A stretch of 63,812 bases of DNA, filler included, from assembly GCA_964501035.1 (NCBI GenBank). It is 4 parts of 4 records of this genome, joined end to end, with 100 filler letters (N's around TTAATTAATTAA, not from the genome) between each part and the next. Parts side by side here need not be neighbours in the genome. Positions count along the whole stretch, not along the records: positions 1 to 17,896 come from CAZCRK010000031.1; positions 17,997 to 35,439 come from CAZCRK010000032.1; 2 more parts are not named here. One strand, written 5' to 3'. Below, in pieces: positions 10,148-20,900 of the stretch (position 1 is its first letter; every line of letters starts with the position of its first letter). Made by a program: the position numbers and the translations under genes. The notes below the pieces were generated by a model. That model ran no database searches. It had not been told where the DNA came from and worked only from the letters and a program-made list of their open reading frames with translations.

Positions 10148-12058
10148 ATGGCTTTAGATTCAAAAATTCCTAAAGGACCGCTCTCCGAAAAGTGGACACA
10201 ACATAAGTTTAACATGAAGTTGGTAAACCCTGCCAATAAACGAAAATACAAAATTATCGTGGTTGGTACTGGACTCGCAGGTGCATCAGCATCTGCAACT
10301 TTAGCTGAACTTGGTTATGATGTTGAAGCATTTTCGTACCATGAATCACCCCGACGTGCACATAGTATTGCTGCTCAGGGTGGAATTAATGCTGCAAAAA
10401 ATTACCCCAATGATGGCGATAGTATTTATCGTCTTTTTTATGATACCATAAAGGGTGGTGATTATCGAGCAAGAGAGGCCAATGTTTATCGGCTTGCTGA
10501 AGTAAGTAATAATATTATTGACCAATGTGTTGCACAAGGAGTTCCCTTTGCTCGTGAATATGGTGGGCTATTGGATAACCGTTCGTTTGGTGGCGCTCAA
10601 GTATCACGTACTTTTTATGCGCGTGGCCAAACTGGACAGCAGTTATTGTTAGGTGCATATTCCGCTTTAATTCGACAAATGAATACAGGTAAAGTAAAGT
10701 TCCATAACCGAACAGATATGTTAGATGTTATTATTCATGATGGTAAAACTCGTGGAATTGTAACACGAAACTTAGAATCTGGTGAGATAAAAGCCCATAC
10801 TGCAGATGCAGTTATTCTAGCAACTGGTGGATATGGAAACGTATTTTTCCTTTCAACAAATGCGATGGCTTCCAATGTGACTGCATCATGGAGAGCTCAT
10901 AAAAAGGGCGCATATTTTGCGAACCCTTGTTTTACGCAAATTCATCCAACATGTATTCCAGTAGCAAGTGACCATCAATCCAAACTAACATTAATGAGTG
11001 AAAGTTTACGAAACGATGGTCGAGTTTGGGTGCCCAAGAAAAAAGGTGATGATAGAAAGCCTGCAGATATTCCAGAAGATGAACGTGATTACTATCTTGA
11101 GCGACTATATCCTTCATTTGGTAACTTAGTACCTCGTGATGTTGCTTCACGACGTGCAAAAGAAATGTGCGATTTAGGTCATGGGGTTGGTCCAACCAAA
11201 CTTGCTGTGTACCTTGATTTTGAGGATGTTATACATCGAAATGGCAAGCAATGGGTGGCTGAAAAATATGGCAATTTGTTTGATATGTATCAACAAATTA
11301 CGGGCGAGAATCCGTATGGCACACCTATGATGATTTATCCTGCAGTACACTATACTATGGGAGGGTTATGGGTAGATTATAATTTAATGTCAACCTTGCC
11401 AGGCCTACATGTCTTAGGAGAGGCTAATTTTTCTGACCATGGCGCAAATAGATTAGGCGCAAGTGCATTGATGCAGGGGCTAGCAGATGGATACTTTGTA
11501 ATACCATATACCATTGGCGATTATCTAGCGAGTGAAACATTGGAACCATTATCAAAAGATGCAGATGTATGTGTCGAAGCTGTGCGTGAGGTTACAGAAA
11601 GAACTGAAAAATTATTAAATATTAATGGAACCAAAACTGTAGATGATATACACAAAGAGTTGGGTAAAATAATGTGGGAAAATGTGGGAATGGCTCGAGA
11701 AAAATCTGGGCTTGAATCTGCATTAGAAAAAATCCCAAAACTCCGTGAACAATTTTGGAAAGATGTTAAAATACCCGGAACCGCGAATGAGTATAATCCA
11801 GAATTAGAAAAGGCAGCACGACTTGCTGACTTTCTCGAACTAGGCGAGTTAATGGCTCGCGATGCATTAGAACGTGAAGAATCATGTGGTGGTCACTTCA
11901 GGGTTGAGCATCAAACTGAAGAAAATGAAGCGAAACGTAATGACGAAGATTACACACATGTTGCAGCGTGGGAATTTGAAGATGCTGGGTCATCCAAACT
12001 TCATAAAGATGAACTTGAGTTTGAAAATGTTAAGTTAACCACAAGGAGTTATAAATAA
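10148..12058 (+). CDS. sdhA: Succinate dehydrogenase/fumarate reductase flavoprotein
   Basis: [37 protein letters not shown]. Confidence 0.96.
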   Translation: MALDSKIPKGPLSEKWTQHKFNMKLVNPANKRKYKIIVVGTGLAGASASATLAELGYDVEAFSYHESPRRAHSIAAQGGINAAKNYPNDGDSIYRLFYDTIKGGDYRAREANVYRLAEVSNNIIDQCVAQGVPFAREYGGLLDNRSFGGAQVSRTFYARGQTGQQLLLGAYSALIRQMNTGKVKFHNRTDMLDVIIHDGKTRGIVTRNLESGEIKAHTADAVILATGGYGNVFFLSTNAMASNVTASWRAHKKGAYFANPCFTQIHPTCIPVASDHQSKLTLMSESLRNDGRVWVPKKKGDDRKPADIPEDERDYYLERLYPSFGNLVPRDVASRRAKEMCDLGHGVGPTKLAVYLDFEDVIHRNGKQWVAEKYGNLFDMYQQITGENPYGTPMMIYPAVHYTMGGLWVDYNLMSTLPGLHVLGEANFSDHGANRLGASALMQGLADGYFVIPYTIGDYLASETLEPLSKDADVCVEAVREVTERTEKLLNINGTKTVDDIHKELGKIMWENVGMAREKSGLESALEKIPKLREQFWKDVKIPGTANEYNPELEKAARLADFLELGELMARDALEREESCGGHFRVEHQTEENEAKRNDEDYTHVAAWEFEDAGSSKLHKDELEFENVKLTTRSYK

Positions 12059-12798
12059 TGAAAGTTACTTTACAGGTATGGAGACAAAAAAATAGAAATA
12101 CTTCTGGTAATTTTGTTAGTTATGATGTTGAAAGTGTTTCGGGCGACATGTCTTTTTTTGAAATGCTGGATATGTTAAATAATTCCTTGATTTCTGCAGG
12201 GGAAGACCCTATTGCATTTGATCATGATTGCCGAGAAGGGATATGTGGAACATGCGGAGTTTCAATTAATGGCCGAGCACATGGACCTTTAAATGGGGTT
12301 ACTACATGTCAGTTGCATATGCGAAGTTTTAATGATGGAGATGTGTTAGTTGTTGAACCTTGGAGAGCATCTGCATTTCCGGTTATTCGCGATTTAGTGG
12401 TAGATAGAACTGCTTTTGATAGAGTTATGGAGTCGGGTGGCTATGTGTCCATTAAAACTGGGGGTACACCAGATGCAAATGTAATACCTATTCCAAAATG
12501 TGATGCAGACCAAGCAATGGATGCTGCAGCATGTATTGGATGTGGTGCCTGTGTAGCCTCATGTAAAAATTCTTCAGCTATGTTATTTGTAGGTGCAAAG
12601 GTTTCTCAATATGCATTGCTTCCTCAAGGTAAAGTAGAACGAAAAACACGTGCACTCAATATGGTTGAACAAATGGATGCTGAAGGGTTTGGAAATTGTA
12701 CAAACACTGGTGCTTGTGAAGTTGAGTGCCCTAAAGAAATTTCTATTGTCAATATAGCACGATTAAACAGAGAGTTTTTTAAGGCCAGTATTTGTTAA
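12058..12798 (+). CDS. sdhB: Succinate dehydrogenase/fumarate reductase Fe-S subunit
   Basis: [32 protein letters not shown]. Confidence 0.96.
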   Translation: MKVTLQVWRQKNRNTSGNFVSYDVESVSGDMSFFEMLDMLNNSLISAGEDPIAFDHDCREGICGTCGVSINGRAHGPLNGVTTCQLHMRSFNDGDVLVVEPWRASAFPVIRDLVVDRTAFDRVMESGGYVSIKTGGTPDANVIPIPKCDADQAMDAAACIGCGACVASCKNSSAMLFVGAKVSQYALLPQGKVERKTRALNMVEQMDAEGFGNCTNTGACEVECPKEISIVNIARLNREFFKASIC

Positions 12799-12820
12799 AT
12801 TGGTACATTCAACTTAGCGT

Positions 12821-12854
12821 AAAAAAAAAAGCCAGGAATTACCTGGCTTTTTTT
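12821..12854. terminator. Bidirectional intrinsic terminator between convergent sdhB and tonB
   Basis: A10-GCCAGG-AATTA-CCTGGC-T7. Confidence 0.85.
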
Positions 12855-12872
12855 AAATGTTTTAAATTTTGA

Positions 12873-13496
12873 TTAATGTGAGGTTAACTCAAATACAACT
12901 GGGACCGTTTGCCATACTCCCACTTTTTTATCCCGTTGTTGAGCAGGTTTCCATTTTGATTTTAACACAGCACTTAATGCTGCTTCATTTAGGCCTGTAT
13001 TCGGAATCCCTTTTTGAATATAAGCTTCTGTCACATTTCCCTTATCATCGATGAAAAATTGCACCCAAACTTTGCCCTCAATCCCAGCTTCTTGAGCAAT
13101 TTCTGGATAAATGGGTCGAATTGGAATTCGTGCTTTAGGTGGTTTGTCAAACGGAATAAATGTTATTTTTGGACCATCTGATGGTGGTGGTGGCGGTGCA
13201 TCCCAGTCATCAAAATCATCAAAATCAGTATCCTCAATAGTAATATCTTCATCAAAAAATTCATCCTCAGATGCAACCGGAACGGATGGTCTAGCAGGTG
13301 GTTCAGGTAGTTTGATTTGCTCGGTTTGAGGAATATCAAACGTTTCAATTTCTTCCACCACAGTCATATCAATTTTTTCAGCCTCACCCAAGAATCTAGG
13401 AAAAATATAAAAAATCAATGAAATCCCCAATATAACACCTACGGTTACTTCACGAATTCTAACAGGGTAATGGTCAATTAATGGATCAACTCTCAT
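12873..13496 (-). CDS. tonB: Energy transducer TonB
   Basis: N-terminal TM helix, Pro/acidic linker, YPEIAQEAGIEGKVWVQFFID C-terminal domain. Confidence 0.9.
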   Translation of the reverse strand: MRVDPLIDHYPVRIREVTVGVILGISLIFYIFPRFLGEAEKIDMTVVEEIETFDIPQTEQIKLPEPPARPSVPVASEDEFFDEDITIEDTDFDDFDDWDAPPPPPSDGPKITFIPFDKPPKARIPIRPIYPEIAQEAGIEGKVWVQFFIDDKGNVTEAYIQKGIPNTGLNEAALSAVLKSKWKPAQQRDKKVGVWQTVPVVFELTSH

Positions 13497-13498
13497 AA

Positions 13499-13909
13499 TT
13501 AATTCTTTTGAGGAAGTGCAGAATACGATAATTTTAATGCCTGTGCATTCCGCAATTGAGTGTGAATATCTGTAATCAATTTCATGGTTGAATTTTCATC
13601 CGACTTTAACGATACAGTTAATTTTGGATCTTTAGCAATTTTGGTGTACATCATTCCACCCAAACTGTTGATGTTAATTATTCGATCGTCAACAGAAATC
13701 AAGCCATCTTTGGTTGTCCATACATACGAAGTATGTCGTTTTGATTCTAATTTTTCAATCATCTTAGCATGTGGCATAATAACATCCAAACCTTCATATT
13801 CTCGCATTACAGTTGTCACCATGAAAAATATGAGGAGCATGAAAATAATATCAGGCATTGCTGATGTTGAAATTTCTTTTTTAGAATGTGTCTTTCTTTC
13901 GATTTTCAT
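13499..13909 (-). CDS. exbD: Biopolymer transporter ExbD
   Basis: MPDIIFMLLIFFMVTT. Confidence 0.9.
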   Translation of the reverse strand: MKIERKTHSKKEISTSAMPDIIFMLLIFFMVTTVMREYEGLDVIMPHAKMIEKLESKRHTSYVWTTKDGLISVDDRIININSLGGMMYTKIAKDPKLTVSLKSDENSTMKLITDIHTQLRNAQALKLSYSALPQKN

Positions 13910-14311
13910 TTAAAAACTCGGAGGGTTAGCTATAGAAATTTTCTGTGCTTTTCCAGCTTTTAATTCATCAAGTACTTTTATGTAAGACACGTATTTTGTA
14001 CGAGGATGAGTTTGAACAGAAAAAATCAAATTTGGATTTGAAGCCAATTTTTTCTCAACAGTTCCTTTAATGCTTTTTACATTAATTGGTTTATCATCTA
14101 GCAGAACTTTACCCGATTCATTCACCAGAATATTGACAATATTTTTTTTGTTAACTTCTAGCTCATTTCCTTCAGCTGGCAATACCAAGCTGATACCTTT
14201 ATCCATAGAAATTGTAGTGGTAACGAGAAAGAATACTAATAACAAGAATGCAATATCTGCCATAGATGAAGAGTTAACTTCTTGAGTTTCGCTTCGCTTA
14301 TTTTTAATCAT
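13910..14311 (-). CDS. exbD: Biopolymer transporter ExbD
   Basis: MADIAFLLLVFFLVTT. Confidence 0.9.
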   Translation of the reverse strand: MIKNKRSETQEVNSSSMADIAFLLLVFFLVTTTISMDKGISLVLPAEGNELEVNKKNIVNILVNESGKVLLDDKPINVKSIKGTVEKKLASNPNLIFSVQTHPRTKYVSYIKVLDELKAGKAQKISIANPPSF

Positions 14312-14326
14312 TGTGATTAAACTCTG

Positions 14327-14932
14327 TTATTTTCTATCAGAAATACTGTGAAGTAAAGAAGTTGTACTTTTTTGTAAAGTAACAATTTGATGGTCAATAA
14401 TATACATCACTGTATTTTGTAGTAATTGTAAAATAACCGCAACTACGAGTCCAAATGCAGTTGTCAAAAGGGCAACAGAAATACCACCCGCAACAACGGC
14501 CGGTGAAATATCATTTGCCATTTTGATATCGTTAAATGCTTGAATCATACCCCATACTGTTCCCAAGAATCCCAACATGGGAGCTGTTGCAATACATAGT
14601 GAAATCCATGTCATATTTTTTTCAAGAGATGCCATTTCAATACTGCCGGTATGATCTAATGCTTTTTCTGCTTCATCAACACCTTTGTCGGCACGTTCTA
14701 AGGCAGCTAAACATAAGTTTGCAACAGGACCTGTAGCACCTTCACACATGGAAGAAGCATCTTGTATGCCTTTATTTCGAACCGTGTCAGCAACTTCATT
14801 TGCAAAATCTTCATTGCTTGATAAACCTTTAACCAAGTGGTATAATCGTTCACCAACAAAAACAAAACCAATTACAAAAATACCCAAAATTGGCCACATG
14901 AACCCACCACCATCTATAAACAACTGAACCAT
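14327..14932 (-). CDS. exbB: MotA/TolQ/ExbB proton channel
   Basis: APMLGFLGTVWGMI, GISVALLTTAFGL. Confidence 0.92.
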   Translation of the reverse strand: MVQLFIDGGGFMWPILGIFVIGFVFVGERLYHLVKGLSSNEDFANEVADTVRNKGIQDASSMCEGATGPVANLCLAALERADKGVDEAEKALDHTGSIEMASLEKNMTWISLCIATAPMLGFLGTVWGMIQAFNDIKMANDISPAVVAGGISVALLTTAFGLVVAVILQLLQNTVMYIIDHQIVTLQKSTTSLLHSISDRK

Positions 14933-15045
14933 TATGTTTCCTTCCTATTACTTTTTAAACAACGATAAAATTATATAAATCTAAATACATATAAAAACAG
15001 TCCCAAATTTTAGAGGTTTTTATCCCTATCAACAAAGAAAAATGT

Positions 15046-16602
15046 TCACCTATTTGATATGAGTTTTTGAGCATCTCCAAAATGATTTAATGCTTCCTGA
15101 ATCTGTTGATCGGTATCTAACAATTTTTGATAAAAATAAGACTTACCCCAAACTGAACTTGCAATTTCAGACAAAATTCTATTTTCAATATAATCCCAAT
15201 CATCTTCTAACTCGCTAACTTCAAACTCAATTTCTTTTTCTTCTAGCCATTTAAAAAATGTCTTACGTTCTTTTTTGTTTAGAGAATAAGAAGATGCAAA
15301 TTCGTCAAAATTCATTCCTTCAACATTATCTTTAATTTTATGCGCATAATTAAATGGCAATCTGTCTGAATGTGTTAAAACGGTTTGTGTACTTTTTGAT
15401 AAATCCAAATCTATTTCAACATAAAAATCTGGTGTAATGCCCCCGCCACCATACACAATCCGACCCTGTTTAGTAGTAAATTGTGGACGGTCAGTTACGG
15501 TTGAATCGGTTAGTTCTCTATTTTCATTCGCTAAATCAGTATAATAACTATCTAACCCTTCATTATATGGTCGTTGAATTAGTCGCCCAGATGGAGTATA
15601 ATATCTTGCAATAGTTATGCGTGATGCAGACCCATCACTAAGTGGGAATTGTCGCTGAACAAGGCCCTTACCAAAACTGGTTTCACCGACCACAATTCCT
15701 CTATCTAAATCTTGAAATGCTCCCGAAACAATTTCGCTGGCACTTGCAGATCCTCTATTAATGAGAATGACCACTGGATATTTTTTATCAGAATATTGAC
15801 TGCGTGCTTTATACACTTGACTAGATCCACGAATTCGTCCCTGTGTAAATAATAAAGTATCTCTACTATTGATAAACATGTCCATAATCTTGATAGCTTG
15901 ATCCATCATGCCACCACCATTATTTCTAAGGTCAAGAAGCAATTGGTTCATGCCTTGGTCTTCAAGCGATTCTAATGCATTTTCCACTTCTTTTGCAGTA
16001 GTTTGCGCAAAACGATTCACTTTAACATACCCTGTTTCTTCATCAATCATGAAGGTTGCCAGAACACTATGGATAGGAATTTTATCTCGAATTAATGTTA
16101 CGACAAAATCATCAACACCGCTGCGCATAATATTTACTTCAACTTTTGACCCCTTTGGACCACGAAGTTTTGCAACCACTTCTTTTTGCGTGATCTTGTA
16201 TGCAGACTCACCATCAATTTTTGTGAGTTTGTCACCAGTTTGTAATCCAGCTCTGTCTGACGGAGTTCCTGGGATGGGAGAAATCACGGTAATGTAACCA
16301 TCTAAAATTGCAAACTCAATGCCAATTCCCTCAAATTCTCCTTCAAACTTTTCTTGAACATTTTCAAAATCTTTTTCAGCAATATATGTAGAGTGAGGGT
16401 CTAATCGTTCTAAAAGCCCAACAATTGCACCCTCAAGAAGATCGTCCATATCCACTTCTTCCACATAATTATCAGTAACAAGTCGAATGACTTGGCTTAG
16501 AGTTTTCATTTTTTTGAAATGGTCTTTGACTGAATCTGATTTAAATCCATAAACCAAGACAATAACTAAAACGGGTAAAATAATATAGCGTAATTTTTTC
16601 AT
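15046..16602 (-). CDS. S41 C-terminal processing protease (CtpA/Prc-like)
   Basis: LDPHS, PDZ GIGI, DLRNNGGG, SASASEI, GKGLVQ. Confidence 0.93.
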   Translation of the reverse strand: MKKLRYIILPVLVIVLVYGFKSDSVKDHFKKMKTLSQVIRLVTDNYVEEVDMDDLLEGAIVGLLERLDPHSTYIAEKDFENVQEKFEGEFEGIGIEFAILDGYITVISPIPGTPSDRAGLQTGDKLTKIDGESAYKITQKEVVAKLRGPKGSKVEVNIMRSGVDDFVVTLIRDKIPIHSVLATFMIDEETGYVKVNRFAQTTAKEVENALESLEDQGMNQLLLDLRNNGGGMMDQAIKIMDMFINSRDTLLFTQGRIRGSSQVYKARSQYSDKKYPVVILINRGSASASEIVSGAFQDLDRGIVVGETSFGKGLVQRQFPLSDGSASRITIARYYTPSGRLIQRPYNEGLDSYYTDLANENRELTDSTVTDRPQFTTKQGRIVYGGGGITPDFYVEIDLDLSKSTQTVLTHSDRLPFNYAHKIKDNVEGMNFDEFASSYSLNKKERKTFFKWLEEKEIEFEVSELEDDWDYIENRILSEIASSVWGKSYFYQKLLDTDQQIQEALNHFGDAQKLISNR

Positions 16603-16611
16603 CTTTGTTCT

Positions 16612-17796
16612 CTAATTTTGAATTTGGTTAAAAAATTCTTCAAAGCAAACTTTAGATCTGGATTTAGAAGACACAATTTGACCATTGACAAGTACGGTTG
16701 GTGCTCTTGTGATTCCATGTTTACGGGCTTTTAACCCTTCAAATTTAATATAGTTTTTATAGTCATCATTTTCAATTCGTTTAACCATATTAGAACCGTC
16801 CATTCCAATTTTGTTTGCAATTCTTTTCAATGTATTGAGAGATAACCCTTGCTTTGGATTTTGAATTTTAAATTGTTCCTCAGCCATTTCATAAAATAGC
16901 CCCTCCTCGTGAGCAATATGAAGTGCTTGAATTTGAATATAAGAATATTCCCAAAGTGGTATCATCTTAAACACGAAATATACATCGGGGTGTGCATCAA
17001 TTAATTCACGCATTACAGGTTCTAACTTTTTGCAATGCTTACAATTAGGGTCAAAATATTCAATTATGGTTACATCAGAATTAGGGTCACCAGCAGTAAT
17101 ATCATTTTTATTGAATAAATCTGTGTAATTGGATATAACGTCTTTTTTCTGATTATACGCACAATCTTCAGGGTTGATATTTTCATCGGAATCAGTTGTT
17201 TTGGTTGATTCTGTTTCATCGCTATTTAGAATATCTTGTGATTTAAAATAACCAAAATCCACCATTGCAATTACGCACACTGCAATAATTGCTTTCTTGA
17301 AAAACTCTTTTTCTGCTACATTCGCATGCAAAGAGGGAATACGATGTTTTATCAAATAAACAATTTGACTTATGAAAAGAAGCATAGTTACAACAGCGGA
17401 CATTAAACACAGAGCACAAAACTCTCCGAGTATAAAATATTGTGTATAAATTAAGTAAATGGAATATAAAATTCCTGCACTAATCATAAAAGTTCGAATC
17501 AGTCTAAACTGTTTTTGTTTTTCGGCATTGGACAGAAGAATTAAAACCCCAATACCGGACATAGCAATATAGAAAAGTAACCCCCAATACACATTCGATA
17601 TGCCCAAGAATTGACTATACTCACTATCTAAAACGGATTCGCAATCAAATGCTTCTTCCACACCTTCAGATGTCGTGAACCCCATACATCCTCTGTCAAA
17701 TCCTCTGCTATCTTGTATCCACAAATGTACTGCAACCAGCACACCAATGAGTGATAACACAATCAATAATCTGTCAAATTTTCGTATATTTCTCAT
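16612..17796 (-). CDS. VKOR-family membrane protein fused to a DsbA/thioredoxin domain
   Basis: TM domain with loop cysteines and CALC; C-terminal EYFDPNCKHC...TRAPT. Confidence 0.85.
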   Translation of the reverse strand: MRNIRKFDRLLIVLSLIGVLVAVHLWIQDSRGFDRGCMGFTTSEGVEEAFDCESVLDSEYSQFLGISNVYWGLLFYIAMSGIGVLILLSNAEKQKQFRLIRTFMISAGILYSIYLIYTQYFILGEFCALCLMSAVVTMLLFISQIVYLIKHRIPSLHANVAEKEFFKKAIIAVCVIAMVDFGYFKSQDILNSDETESTKTTDSDENINPEDCAYNQKKDVISNYTDLFNKNDITAGDPNSDVTIIEYFDPNCKHCKKLEPVMRELIDAHPDVYFVFKMIPLWEYSYIQIQALHIAHEEGLFYEMAEEQFKIQNPKQGLSLNTLKRIANKIGMDGSNMVKRIENDDYKNYIKFEGLKARKHGITRAPTVLVNGQIVSSKSRSKVCFEEFFNQIQN

Positions 17797-17896
17797 AAGT
17801 TTCTAACTATTTCCTAATAAATCAATCGTGAAAGTTAGGGTAAATCCTAATATCTAAGTTATCATTAATTGATATTAGCTGAATTTGTTCCTAGGA

Positions 17897-17996
17897 NNNN
17901 NNNNNNNNNNNNNNNNNNNNNNNNNNNNNNNNNNNNNNNNTTAATTAATTAANNNNNNNNNNNNNNNNNNNNNNNNNNNNNNNNNNNNNNNNNNNN
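17897..17996. other. Artificial contig-join linker
   Basis: Ns flanking TTAATTAATTAA (stops in all frames). Confidence 0.95.
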
Positions 17997-17998
17997 TA

Positions 17999-20900
17999 CA
18001 AGATTGTGCTGGTGTTTGGGGAGGGACAGCACAATTAGATGAATGTGATGTTTGTGATGGTGATGGTTCTACATGCAATCTAGACCATACATATATATCT
18101 GTTCCTTCAGATTTTAATTTGATTAAGGATGCAATTGCATCGGCAGAGCCAGGGGATACAATTATAGTTGATGATGGTATTTATTCAGAAAATTTGACAA
18201 TTGATAAACCCATTGTCTTAGCAAGTCAATTTTTACTTGATGGTGACCCTAGTCACATTCCAAATACAGTTATTGATGGTGGATCACCAGTAGATCAAAA
18301 TAAAGCAAGTGTAATTTTATTTCATACAAATGATACTTCGTACGTTGGTTCAACTCCAGAAGTTCATGGGTTTACGCTTAAAAATGGATATGGAACGTTG
18401 GTGTATAAACAAAACCAAGATGGAACGGTTGGTTCGGGTGTTGTTGGGGGTGGCTTTTTGATTTTAAATATGTGCCCAATTTTAAACAATAATCATATCA
18501 GAAATAATGGTGAATCCACTCAACGCGGAACAAGAGCAAGTAGAGGTGGAGGTGGAGTAGTTGGAGATGATATTGGGATCGATGAATTTAGAGATGAAGA
18601 TCGTAACCCCACTTTAGAATGCGGTGAATTAGATTTTTCAACCAATATCTTTACCGAAAATAAAGCAGATGTAGGAAAATCGTTTCATGTAAGTGGTTCA
18701 TCACAAACAATCAATTTAAGAAACGGTAATTTTGATGTATTTAGTGAAGGACAAGGTGCATCAAATTATTGGTTTTCACGAGGACCATCTGCTGGAAGTA
18801 CAATTGCGTATGATTTTGCTGGTGGTTCAGGTGATACGCCCGCATTAGATGGTGAAATATTCGTTAATGGGTCAAATGGAAGCGATGAAACTGGTAATGG
18901 TACAGAAGACAATCCATTCCAAACTGTTTCGTATGCTCTAAGTTTAGTGTATGGCGAAGCAGATTCAGAAGTTTCTATTATTATCGCTGATGGCACATAT
19001 TCTGAATCAATGGGTGAGGATTTCCCACTCACATTTGTAGATTTTGTAAACCTTTTTGGAAGTTCAAATGTAGATTTTGATGACTTAGATGATATTTTTG
19101 ATTGGGAAGATATGGAAGAGTCAGGAATGTATGGGTTTGAATTTGGTGACGACGATTTGGATGATTGGGAAGATGAGTTTGATGATATGGAGTTTGGATG
19201 TACAAATCCGAATGCACAAAACTATGATGAAGACGCAGAGTTTAATGACGGTACTTGCTATTTTGGTACAGATTATCAACAACCATATTGTGGTGATGGA
19301 TATTGTGATTATAATGAGTTAATTTACAATTGCCCTGAAGATTGCGACCAATCATCTGGACAAAATTATTACTGTGGAGATGGTGAGTGTAATCCAGGTG
19401 AGGAAGAACATTGTGAAAGTGATTGCGAAAATGCTGAAGGATATGGGGCTCAAAATCAACAAGTTCATACTGATGAAGACAATGCTGTTCAAATTTGTTT
19501 AGAAACTCATACTAATGAAAACAATTGTGGTAATGGATTTTGTGAAAACACTTGGGGTGAGAATTTATATAATTGCCCTCAAGATTGTGGTGAGCAACCT
19601 GCCTGTGAAAATGGTTTTATTTTAGATTGTGATGGTTCAGGTGATTGTTTTCCTGAATCATGGATTGGAGATGGTTACCCAGATTGTGCAGATCAACAAT
19701 TTGGCGCAGATTTATCATGTTATGATAATGATGGAGGAGATTGTAATGGTGCTTTAAATTATAATCCACACGGTAAAGAAAAGTTTGAATCAGGTAAAAT
19801 TAGACAAGTAAATAATTCAAATGAAAATTCAGAACGAGACGGAGATATAGTTTTTAGTTTAGTTGAAGCACCTGAGAATGGAACTCTTGGTGAATTTTCG
19901 GGGGCTTGTATCACATATACTCCATTTTTGAATTATAATGGTCCAGATCATTTTCGTTTTCAAGTATCTGATGATGATTATACTTCAAATATTGCAAATG
20001 TTGTTATTATTGTTCATGAAGTAAATGATGCACCAGAAGTCATATTTGAAGTTGGAAATCAAATCGTAAATATTGGGGATAATCCCTTGCAATTTGATTT
20101 GTCACAAATATTTACCGATATTGATAATCAATTCCAAAGCTTGACCTTTTCCATTTCACTTTCAAATAATTTGTTTTCATCAAGTACAAATGCAAACTTC
20201 TTGTATTTAAGCGATTTTAATATTGCAGGTACAGAAACAGTTTTGGTTTCTGCTTATGATAACAATGGTGCATCTGCATCCACATCATTTTCAGTAACTG
20301 TTAATGAACAAACAAGTGACTTTACTTATGTACCAGATGATGTAACAACTATAAATGAGGCTATATTTAGAGCTGAAGTAGGGGACACAATTATTGTTAG
20401 AAATGGTGTCTATTTTGAAAACTTAGTGATTGACAAACCGGTTCATATTTTAAGCGAGTATTTCATTGATGAAAATGTTGAACATATTGCTAATACTGTT
20501 ATTGATGGACGAAATGCAGAAAAAAGTGTGGTGTTGTTTCATACAAATAATCCAGATTTTATTGGAAGTACTCCAGAATTATCAGGATTTACTTTACAAT
20601 ATGGCTTAGGTACATCAGTTTTCTATTCAGAAACTGATACAACATATATTGCTGGGGGTGGATTTTTAGTGCTAAATATGTGCCCAGTAATTACCCATAA
20701 TAAGATAAAAAATAATGGATTTTTACTAGACAATAGAGGAACCCGTGCAACACGTGGTGGTGGTGGAGTTGTTGGAGATGATATTGGAATCGATGAATTC
20801 AGAGATGAACCAATCCCTCTGGTTTGTGAATCTATAGATATTTCAAACAATAGATTTGTTGGAAATGATGCTTTATTAGGTAAAGATTTACATTTTACAG

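Noticed and set aside
17941..17952. Perfect palindrome TTAATTAATTAA, repeated at 35484 and 52833
   Set aside because: Always centred in N runs; an artificial all-frame-stop contig linker
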